Origin: Octopus vulgaris
Lineage: Eukaryota
DNA length: 64,000 nt
Direction: 5' to 3'
NCBI GenBank assembly: GCA_951406725.2
Contig: OX597827.1
Span: 52,390,001-52,454,000 of the forward strand
Position numbers and translations under genes: made by a program. This document shows positions 53,981 through 64,000 of the stretch, one piece after another (the stretch's first letter is position 1; every line of letters begins with the position of its first letter). The notes under the pieces were generated by a model. It did no database searches. It saw nothing but the letters and a program-made list of their open reading frames with translations, and had not been told where the DNA came from.

Positions 53981-54166
53981 CTTTTGGTAAGTTTCAATAT
54001 TATTGAGGATAGACCGAGCTCTTTCAGAAGTCTCAGGACCAAGTTCTGAAATAATGTCCCTTAATGTGGACACATTAAGAAGTCCATAACCTGATAGGGG
54101 TTTTGTAATTTTCTCAACCCTCAGTAAAATCCCTTTCATCTGAAACTGACCAGTAATTCCAACACA
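53981..54166 (-). CDS. C10orf88: C10orf88/PAAT homolog coding exon 3 (CVGITGQF...LNVSTLRDIISELGPETSERARSILNNIETYQK)
   Basis: TTTCAG acceptor, GTGAGG donor, phase 0/0; resembles IDLDKVQTIMESMGSKLSPGAQQLMDMVRCQQ. Confidence 0.87.
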
Positions 54167-55212
54167 CTGAAATAAAATACAAAGGGTTAATTTAACATGG
54201 AGTATGCTGGCTCTGTGAGCATGGTGATGGTTGACAATGACAGCTAAAGAAGTGTTGTATTGGTTATAGTGTGGTAGTTGGAGAGTGGCAGTTAGAATAT
54301 AGTGTTGTGCTTGAAGTGTGATAATGATATGGGAACGGATACAATAGTGATTGACATTACCACTCAAAGAACAATCCTACAAAAATCTGTAAACATGACT
54401 CAAAATGTAAAAATATGTGCCAACCTCACTCTGTAAAGAGAGTCCTGTACATTGCATTGAACCTAGAGATTTCAATTCTCAGATTAAGACTCTGATTTGT
54501 TTTTAAGTTAAAAAAATACTTATACAAATCTCAATGTTAATCAGAATGATCATTAACACATACCATTGTTACATGTGGTATGTTTGAATAAATGTGCAAT
54601 AATAGATATTTACTCACAATACTGGAGTAATACTCTTTATTGCAGATATATGGATAATTGTAGCTTCCTTTCACACTGTGCTTAGTAAATCATGAGTACT
54701 TTGCTATGAAACACAATACAATGGTTGTAACAAGATTCTATACGATGTGTGAGATGAGTGACAGTGTATGAGCAGGAATGTAGAAGATTTAGTGCCTGAA
54801 GAGAAATGAACTGGACATGCAATATAAAGGCTGAAACTAAGTGAATTAAAATCATAGCTAGACATCAACGGTAAGTATTCAAGGCATCTATGTAATGAAA
54901 ATAGATGATGATGTATGTTATAGAAAAAAATGTGTTGGGTAGGCAGTGGTTGGTAATTGCAACAGAAGATGAAGGAAAACTTGAGAATAAGCAGATAAAA
55001 TCCTGAACATTGAGAAGAGATTACATTAAACTGAAAAACACTGAGAATCAAGGTAGTATAGAAAAACATGTAAAAATTTGATTTTTTATGTTATATGTTT
55101 TTCTCGCTTATAACTATTTTACAAGGAAATATTCAACACTTTTTTTGTTCAACCAATACAGTACTCTAAAATATATACTAATAGAACTGAAAGGGAACAT
55201 AGATACACTGAC

Positions 55213-55477
55213 CTTGATAGAGATAGAAGTCCTTGGTTTTTTAAATGAAATGGTAGAATATAACAGACCATTTGAAGCAGGGCTTCCCTTTCTGGTGAGT
55301 AGGTAACCTTCTGTTTCATCATAAACTTCAAACTGGGTTACATTACAGCAAATACAGACCTCATACAAACCAATACCAAGCTTGCACTGAATTTCGAACC
55401 TACATTGGTCTTCGTTAGGCTTGTCAATTTTAATTATCCTGTTATCTGCAGAGGTTTCCAGCAAATCCCGCTTTTGT
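55213..55477 (-). CDS. C10orf88: C10orf88/PAAT homolog coding exon 2 (QKRDLLE...CRFEIQC...FEVYDETEGYLLTRKG...SISIK)
   Basis: TACAG acceptor, GTCAGT donor, 265 nt open; resembles the C10orf88 CFLYLRC...MEVYLGEEYCGTSRG pattern. Confidence 0.85.
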
Positions 55478-56550
55478 CTGTAATAAAGGAAAAATAAAAT
55501 ATCACTTTCACACATAAAACATGAGGACAGAGGACACATATAATGTGTATGTCTAACCCTTTAAATTAAAAAGTTCAAATTAAATGGTGCAAAATTGCTC
55601 AAGCTGACTGACTAATGGAGACACCTATGATAATGATGACAACAATGATGGTGTATATATATGTTTTGTTTTAACATAGGCATAGAGTCACAGATTAACA
55701 AGAAAAGTGATAAACCGTTCACAAAAAGCATTAGCATAGTTCCATCTTCTGACTAAAATCAATTTCCTGAAAACGAACAGATTTAAAAACAGCAAAATCT
55801 GAAGTGGAAGGAATTCAGTGAGGAGAAGATGGTCATGGTGGAGAAGGTTGTCATTATCATCACAGCTGCTGTTGTCAGAATCACCATTGGCATTGTCATC
55901 ACCAGTGTCAGCATTATCATCATCATCATCAAGATTTGTTTCTTATGGTTTTCTAAACCTTATTATTTTTATGAAGAAGAGAGGGGGTGCTCATGGCATG
56001 TCACAACCAAGGGAGATTTGGTACATTTTCTGAACTAATCAACAATTTCATCATCATCATCACCACCAACAACAACAACATTTAACATCTGTTTTCCATA
56101 CTAGTATGAGTTGGATGGCTTGACAAGAACTGGCAAGACCAGGGGCTACATCAGGTTCCATAGTCTGTTTTGGCTTGGTTTCTATGGCTTGATGCTCTTC
56201 CTGATGCCAACCACTTTATAGAGTGTACTAGGTACTTTTTACACAACACTGTCTCCATTGCTTTTTATATGGCAGCAGCACCAGTGCTCTTTACATGGCA
56301 CCAGCAGCCACACCAATGCTTATTATGTGACACCTTGGTTTTAGGATCTCAATTCTGTTGTAGTGAGTGATAAAGATGAGTCAATGATAGCGGTGATGCT
56401 GCTGGTCATTATAATGTAGTTGAAGTGGAGATGCTGATAATGATGATGATAGTGCTTTTGAAAGTAGGGTTGGAAACCACAATGAAAACAAAAGTGTGGT
56501 GCAATGGTAGCATTTCATTATGCAGTCAATGAAGGAGAGAGTATACATAC

Positions 56551-56657
56551 ATATAACTGTCATCTTCAGCTCCATCATGTACTTCAGCATTGTCAACAAC
56601 ATCTTGCTCTGACAGCCAACTGTGGTGAATACTAACAAACTGACTCAGTTCAGACAT
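56551..56657 (-). CDS. C10orf88: C10orf88/PAAT homolog coding exon 1 (MSELSQFVSIHHSWLSEQ...)
   Basis: TTTTCAG acceptor at 56670, ATG 12 nt into the exon, GTATGT donor, phase 2 compatible with the next exon; N-terminal SW motif. Confidence 0.75.
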
Positions 56658-57501
56658 AGCTGTAGTTTTCTGAAAACAAGAACAGGAAAATTTCTTATAT
56701 GTATAAAGGCATGAAATGATGTATATGATGGAAGCAGAAAAAGTGGTATAAACTGTAGATTTAGCAAGGCAGGAACTATATTCCAGAGCATCTGCTAAAT
56801 CAGAATAGCATCAAGCATCAACACTGCAATGAAAATCTGATGTTATAGTTCAGTAGTTCTGTAAAGCAGCAAAATATGTAAAAAAAATTTTTTTAAACCA
56901 AGGCCAAGAAAATGGATACATTGTACCAATAATGCCTATAGGTGATCCTGATGGTCACCTGAGGTGGTAGATTTATAAACGAAGAATTTCTCCGGTAAAG
57001 AAACTCCCAGTCACTGCAAAACATCATGGCATTGAGTCAGTTATGCCTAGTGAGCCATATTTTGTGTCTGTCACCCACTAAGCATCATGCAAAGACCACA
57101 ATGATGAGGACACTAGAAGAAAGGGAAAAAATGAAGAGAGAATTCAAGAACACTCAGTACTGAACCTTTCAGGAAGAGCTGAGTGTATGGTTGAAGCAGG
57201 CCTCAAGTATACAAAGATTAGTTGAATTGGAGTGGAGAGAACTGCAGTGTTCGATAATTCAGAAAGACCTGAGGGTAAGATATATGCACAGGGCAGTGTG
57301 TGTGTGCATGCGTGCACTGTATTGTTGTACCAAACACTTCATTTCATGTTGCTCTGTGATCACACTGGGCACCTGTATAGGGGGAGTAAACTTATGTGCA
57401 GCACAAACATTTGATCACTATAAACAAATCATTTGTGCAGATTGTTCAACAAGAAATTGTAGAATTGACTTTCTTGGAAATTGAGAAACTACCATTATAT
57501 A

Positions 57502-58481
57502 CAGGGTGCAACAGTTTTTTGAGGACACCACTCTCAAGAGACCTAACTTTATTCTAACTAATTTTTTCATACCTTACTTTTCACATAAATAATGTCAGAC
57601 ATCAGGTTTCATCAGCAAATGATAAAGGCATATTGTAATTGTTGCCTTAAAAACATAGTATAGTGATACGAAGATAACTTGCTTCCAGGAAGTTGCCTAA
57701 TCTTTTGTTGTCAAAGTTCAAAAGGAGCACATAACTTTGTACAAAATGTTCAAGAAATAATCAATAAAAACCTCAGAATGTCAATCAGAGCCATTACAAA
57801 GGGTCTCAAGGTTTCAAAATGCACCATCAGAAGAGTTGTGCATGAGGATATTCAGTTCAAGTTGTATGTGATGCAGAGCGGTCAGTTTATATAAGATATG
57901 GTAAGAAAGAATTGCTCGATCTGTGCAAAGCACTTGCTAAACAAGTTAAAAAACAAAGAGGCTGGAACGACAAATGGTTATGCAGAGACCTGAATGAGGT
58001 TCCAACAGTCATGCATACTAAGTTCCCAGCAACTGTGATGGTTTTGGGAGTTGTCAGCAATGAGGGAGATGGTATGCCTCCTCACTTTTTACGCAGGGCT
58101 TAAGAGTTAATGCTGCTGTCTACACAGAGGTGTTGGAGAAGGTTGTTAAGCCCTGGATACACAAGACTGCGCCATCCCATAACAACAATCCAAGCAGAAA
58201 TGTGTGCCTCTTAGCTCACCAGACCTCAATCCACTGGATTATTAAGTCTGCCATGACCAGCATTATGTCCAAAATTGATAAAGATCAGCTGATTTGGGCA
58301 TGTCACTGCTTCTGACCCCGTATTGAAACAGCTATTGATGCTAATAGTGGATTCATTGAATATGATGAAAATATTCTCAAGATTATTTGTACCAATTTGT
58401 TTTCAAATAAAACTCTTCTTAGATGAGCTGTGTCTGTTTTTCAATTCATATAAATGACCTCAAAAAAACTAATACATCCTG
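57502..58481 (+). mobile_element. Degraded Tc1/mariner-superfamily transposon
   Basis: TIRs CAGGGTGCAACAGTTTTTTGAGG / CCTCAAAAAAACTAATACATCCTG flanked by TA; transposase remnants MSIRAITKGLKVS, TKFPATVMVLGVVS, APSH, SPDLNPLDY. Confidence 0.9.
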
Positions 58482-58539
58482 TATATATAAGTATATATAT
58501 ATACACATATGTGTATATATATAGAATTTATATATACAC

Positions 58540-58860
58540 ATATATAAATTTTTGAGCCGCGATTTAAAATGTTTTTTTTTTCCAGAATCGGAATCACAAT
58601 AGCCGAAAACGTGGGATTCCGTAAAAAAATTTCCTAAAAAGGGGAGGGATCCGTTTACGTTTCCTCCGTGTGTGGGGATGGGGCGCACAAGGCAGAGACA
58701 AAACCCCTAACTCTAACCCTAAACCTAAACACCAGGTGTATGTATTCTTTACTTTCGCCAAAGTCAAGTACCTAATGTATGGTAATCTTAGACTATAACG
58801 TACCGTTTTCATTTTCATTTACTAAGATTTTATGGTTAAACTCCAGTTTCTGACACGGAC
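58540..58860. mobile_element. Possible Helitron/Helentron-associated short element with (CCTAAC)-like tract
   Basis: CpG-rich ~300-bp insert containing CCCTAACTCTAACCCTAAACCTAAAC; no ORF; family assignment is an inference. Confidence 0.35.
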
Positions 58861-59593
58861 AAAAAAAAATAAAAACAGTGTAATAGATGTAAAACAACAT
58901 GAAGTAAACGAATATTTTTGTTGATGATCCTGACTTATAGATTTCAGCTTGTCTAGGATCACTGACTGTGTTCTGTAATTATTTAATTATTTCACGGATT
59001 AACTTTTCCATAAAAGTATTTTATTTACTGTGAATGCAGGAGCTTCGAGGTGGTCGAGAATTAGCTCAAACTACGTAAATAATATTTCTTTCATTTGTTT
59101 TAAATTATTTTTGCTCGAACATTATTATTATTATAATTGATATTAAATAAGTGCGAAGCTAAAAGGAAAGTTAAAAACTAGCGAAAGTGATAACTACGTC
59201 TTCACTCAAACCAAGTCAAGCTGGTTTTCTTTCATAAAATACTGAGGCACAGATCTAAAAAAAAAATTATTTCTTAGCATTCATCGATATTTACAATTAT
59301 TATGAATCGCCACTATTATTACAATGACACTATTAATCACGTTGAGTCGTGATGTTTATACCTTCTTGAAGGAACTATTAAATTAGGGAAACAGCTTCAG
59401 TTCAGTTCTCAGAAAATTTACCACCACCTTACAGAATTCGTCATCCCATTTGTAATTCAGCGGAAACTGACATACAATGTACTTTGAACAGATTTTGTAC
59501 GTTCGGCAAAAATTGATTCTGGATAATGTATTATATCGTGTTAAAGCAAGAAAGAAATTACAGAAAGAGAAAATGAAATTTAAAAAATCTTAC

Positions 59594-59680
59594 TTTTAGA
59601 AATTTCGTATCAGCTGCACTCTTCAGATCACTGTGAAGTTTTGTTTACACTGACTCTCTTTACCGGTGTTTACATAATTT
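59594..59680 (-). other. Probable non-coding first exon / promoter-proximal region of the C10orf88 homolog
   Basis: GTAAGA donor at 59593, locally raised CpG; the first coding exon begins with an acceptor, so an upstream exon is required. 5' boundary is a guess. Confidence 0.45.
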
Positions 59681-61222
59681 CTACCCTCTTGTGACAGATT
59701 TCCAAATAACTACTATTTGATTTTTTTTGTCAACTGGGCATTATAGTGGTCCTCACTTATGAAAGTACATAAGGCGATCCCTTATTGTGTGAATGAATGG
59801 ACACTGGAGACAATAATATAAAGAAAGAATTAATATCAGGACAGTGAATTGGCAGAATGGCGAGGTCGTCGGTCAAAATACTTTAGTTACGGCTTTTCAT
59901 GTTTTCTGTTCATATCTCGCTGAAGTTAACTTGGTCTGTTATTCCTCCAGGGTCTATAAAACAAAATACTGATCAAGTTCTGGGATCGATATAATTGATA
60001 ACTACGAGAGGCTCGGGATCTGGAGAGCCAAAGGAGACTTGTGGCCGGCTCCTGGGTCCTTCCTAAAAAGAAAAAAGAAAAAGCTTATCAATATTGAATT
60101 TCGAAAATCCCCTCACCGACTTCATCCTGAGGCCTGAAAATAGGTTCTGCATTGTCAAAATTCCTTCAGAGACCCTGGACTAACACCTTCCCCCAAAAAA
60201 GTGCTGGTTTTGTGCTTATGCTAGAAACATCTGATAGGCAGAATCGTTGGAGAAATGGACAAATTACAGCTCTTAACATGCTGAATTCAAATTCCACTGC
60301 AATCAACTTTGCCTTTTACACTTCTAAGGCCAATAGTATAAAGTACCAATCAATTGCTTGAGTCAATATAATCAACAATTTTCCACGGAGGCTGTCCTCT
60401 CAACTAATAGGTTGCTGGGGGTGCTGCTGGATGGCAGACTCTGCTGATGATATTATACTACGCTTTCTGATCCATGGCACTAGCCTTAACATGCTCAAGG
60501 TTGAGATGCTGCGATTTCAGGTCTTCTTCAATTTGTTTTGCCCATGTCCTTGTAGCGTAGACTCAGTTGAAATTCCTCTCTCCATTTATTATATATATGT
60601 AGTGGATCTTGCATGCATGAAGTGGATTCGATCCACCATAGCCAAATTTAAATTAACACTGCAACAGAACTTTTCCCATGGTGGAACAATGGTTTTTCTC
60701 TGACAGCAGTTTTACATTTTCCAGCTGCCTTTAGCTGGCTGAAATAATGTCTTTAGACCCTTTCTAACCTCTTCTACTTCACCAAAAGCTAGAAGAGAGA
60801 TATCAAGATCACCAACTAAGTCTATTGTTCTCAATGATATATCTATCCTTCTGGATAGTTATAAAAGCAAGAACACCCCAAGCAAAAATCAGTTGGTGAC
60901 GACTCAACGAGTCCAGCCACAAGGTGATGACTCAACCAGTGACTACGAAGTCTGGCTGACCAGCTAGAACCTTGGTCAGAGGGAGAAACGGAGTTTACTG
61001 TCAGCAACTATGAGACAACACCCTACAACTCTCACTAGCTCTAATTCTGTTCTCTTACAACATCATTACATCTCTTTCAGTAATTACCACTAAACAATGA
61101 AGAGGACACAAACACAAACTTTACTTCGCATGTTTTTGGATTTATCATAACTTGCTCATCGAGGCAAGGTATTGTAATGTAATGGTAAATAAACATTTCC
61201 TTAAAAATTCATGCATTGTTTA

Positions 61223-62526
61223 TGTGGGATGACGTCAGCAGCTGGGGAGCTGACTGCAAGGGGCAGCTGGGTCACGCGCGCAGCGAGCGGCAATTTTTGC
61301 CTTTTTTCAACTCAGGTCGTCGCGGGGTTAAGACGGGTGATCACGTTGTTAAGGTTGGGTGAAGCAGCTGCTATCTCTAGCGTTCGGGTCGGGCTGTGTC
61401 GAAGGATCCGTTACCGCTGAAGGGTCTCCATCAGAGCAAAGAGAAGGTAGGTACCTTTATTTCGAATCTCTCGCACACACCACAAGCTATTTCGGCACTC
61501 CATATAAGTCGTCGCCACGATGGCAGCGAAAATCAGGATCGCCAGTGACATCATCTGACCCTTTAATGGTGAAGGCGATGTAGTGGCCTGGATTCGTAAA
61601 ATCAGGCTGGTGGCAAGACTGCAAGGTATAAGCGATGTGGCAAGTCCTATTTAGAAGGGAGCGCGTTGACGCTATATCTTGAGATGGAGGAGGAGGAACG
61701 CCTGAGCAAGGAAAAGATAGAGCAACGTTTGCGGGATGCCTACACAGAGTGTGAATACACAGCTTTTGCTAAGCTGGGTACGGTGAGATGGACAGTCAAG
61801 GCCATAGCGGAAAGAGGGCACGTTTCGCCGCTTGAAGCAGTTTTTTGGTACAACTTGTCTCCCCGATCCAGACAAGCTGAGGAATCTGTGCCACAGAGAG
61901 CTGTATTTAAATATGAATGGAGGCACCCGAGCAAAGTGCCGGAGGGCCACAAGGAAGAGAAGGGACCCGTTTGCATGAAAATAGGGGAGGAAGTCTGGGT
62001 TAAGCCACCAAAGGCGCGCTGTACGTCTAAATGGAGCAGAGGAACGGTGACGGTGGTCAATTCCAGAAACAATGTCTCCGTGGATGGAATTCTGCGACAC
62101 GTCTTGGACCATCGCAGGATTGTCGCTTCGACGGACGACGATTGTGGAGAGGGGGAGAACGAGATGCCCAGCTTGAGAAGATCTCACGCACAAGGCGCCC
62201 TCCTAGTTGGATGGTGGACTACGACATAGAGTAGAGAGAGTGTGATCTTTAAGATCAGGGTGGCGTGTGGGATGACGTCAGCAGCTGGGGAGTTGACTGG
62301 AAGGGCAGGTGGGATGCGCGCGCAGCGAGCGGCGATTTCTGCCTTTTTTCAACTCAGGTCGTTGCGGGGTTAAGACGGGTGATCATGTTGTTAAGGTTGG
62401 GTGAAGCAGCTGCTATCTCTAGCGTTCGGGTCGGGCTGTGTCGAAGTATCCGTTACCGCTGAAGGGTCTCCATCAGAGCGAAGAGAAGGTAGGTGCCTTT
62501 ATTTTGAACCTCTTGCACACACCACA
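61223..62526 (+). mobile_element. Internally deleted non-autonomous Gypsy-type LTR retrotransposon (LTRs 61223-61484 and 62266-62526)
   Basis: Two TG...CA direct repeats of 262 and 261 bp, roughly 93% identical; 5-bp TSD GTTTA (61218-61222, 62527-62531); gag-like N-terminus (PFNGEGDVVAWIRKIRLVARLQ...LYLEM) fused to an integrase C-terminal-like segment (VKAIAER...WYNLSP...IGEEVWVKPP...VDGILRHV). Confidence 0.93.
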
Positions 62527-62640
62527 GTTTATCTTTCACATCCTACAGTATGCCGTTATAATAACAAATTTTTATTGTTACAACTGCTGACTCCAACATT
62601 TCATATTATTGTGTACCTCAAGAATATTACCCTTTACAAT

Positions 62641-63320
62641 TGGTGACCCTCGACTTCAACTAAAAACTATTGTTGCACACACACAAACACACACATATAT
62701 ATGTGCATTTGAATGTAGCAGGGAACAGCTAGCATTTGGCCACTATTTGGATCCCGTTGTGTCCACTACTCTGACTGGTTGGTATTGGGGCAATTTGTCT
62801 CTTACTTAATTGCGCCAATTTGCCATGTATAACCATTCAGAGGCCCTAAATAGGATCACATGGGACAATCTTTTACTACCCTGTTTTTGAGCCTACAGTT
62901 CCTTATAAAAACTCACCTTTTCCTCTTTCTGGCATCTTTGGTTCCAGATTTTTTAAGGTCTAGCCACTGACCACAAAGATACAGCTAGTTCCAGCGACAA
63001 TGCCAGACAACACCACCAGAGAAGCTATGTTGAGACTCACCAAATTCGTCCAACAGTATTATGGCAACCTTCATCTTCATTGCCATCATCATGTCCTTCT
63101 TAACGTCATCAACATCATCTCTCTACGTACACAGCTCAGCAAGCAATTCACCCAGGTTCCAACACTTCACTGTTTGTGAATTACTTCACCATGGATCAAC
63201 AGCAAATATACAACCTGCAAGAACTCCTGTATCAAGTGACCCAGGCAGCAGCATCACAATCTTGACTTCACGTACGACATGTACCTGTAACCGGCTCAGC
63301 ACCATGGCTGCGACCTCTTG
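62641..63320 (+). mobile_element. Possible older, degraded LTR-element internal region with tRNA-Trp-like PBS
   Basis: TTACA-AT-TGGTGACCCTCGAC resembles an LTR end plus a PBS complementary to the tRNA-Trp 3' end; downstream sequence is weakly gag-like (IKLTFSSFWHLWFQIF). Confidence 0.35.
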
Positions 63321-64000
63321 ATACAGTATTTCAACTGTGTAAAAACGACCATAAACTGGTATTATTCATCTTTCTTGTGTCTATGAACTTCTCACTTCGA
63401 TGGCTGTAGACTCTTTCATTGCCATCCTTATATATTCTTAACATGCTCATACATCTATGCTTACACACACACATACTTTGTTCTCATGGCAGCCTGTCTA
63501 TTATTCTGTATACATGACACACACACAGATACACATGTTAACATATCAATAAATATTCTCATAATCATTCTCATGCAATTGTGTCTCCTTTTTCCATCTG
63601 GCAAATAAATGGTTCTATCAGTTTTCTCTTTTATTGTAATGGGCATGTGATGTAGTACTAAAGAGCCATTCTCTTCATCTCACATTGCCTGGTCCCTTAC
63701 ATCTTCTTTGGTGCACTGTGCTGAATTTTCCTGTGTTGGGGGTTGCTGTCACCACAAAAGTTGGTGTGGTAGTCTTCCAGTGCTCATCCTGAAGACGTGG
63801 CCAAACCACTATAGCCTGTGCTGCTGGTCTTGGTCTTTAATAGCGGATGTTGTTGTTTGAGATTCAGTTGCATAGATATCTTGTACAACATTGCCTGCTT
63901 CATTTTGCCTTATGGTCTCAGAATCAATGTGGACAAGATGAAAGTTCTAACAACAGATGTCTTGCCAGCCTGTGTGTCTTGATAGCATTCAGATGGAGAT

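Noticed and set aside
58704-58730. Interstitial telomere
   Set aside because: Only about four degenerate CCTAA units inside a short repeat-like insert.

Overview
AT-rich, microsatellite- and repeat-dense animal genomic DNA. The tRNA-derived SINEs, RTE LINE tails ending in (GAT)n and TA/CA microsatellites resemble an Octopus-type (coleoid cephalopod) genome; this is an inference, not proof. I reconstructed two spliced genes on the minus strand by hand, both with GT-AG introns and consistent phases: TMEM128 (4 coding exons, 41356->29962, 184 aa) and a C10orf88/PAAT homolog (5 coding exons, 56657->52532, plus probable UTR exons). The rest is transposon-derived: RTE and other LINE fragments, several SINE families, Penelope-like elements (RT, GIY-YIG, hammerhead-like motifs), Tigger and Tc1/mariner relics, TTAA (piggyBac-type) MITEs and an internally deleted Gypsy-type LTR element. 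Most notable: (1) the LTR element has no canonical PBS; instead the 12 nt abutting its 5' LTR are complementary to nt 1-12 of tRNA-Phe, suggesting priming by a 5' tRNA fragment; (2) an ~830-bp local inverted copy flanked by a 13-bp target duplication; (3) a twin-priming-type 5' inversion in a Penelope-like element, plus other fold-backs; (4) tandem H-type pseudoknot motifs in RTE 3' UTRs; (5) two TTAA MITE families with dissimilar interiors that are both exactly 220 bp. All comparisons were made by eye and coordinates of degraded repeats are approximate.
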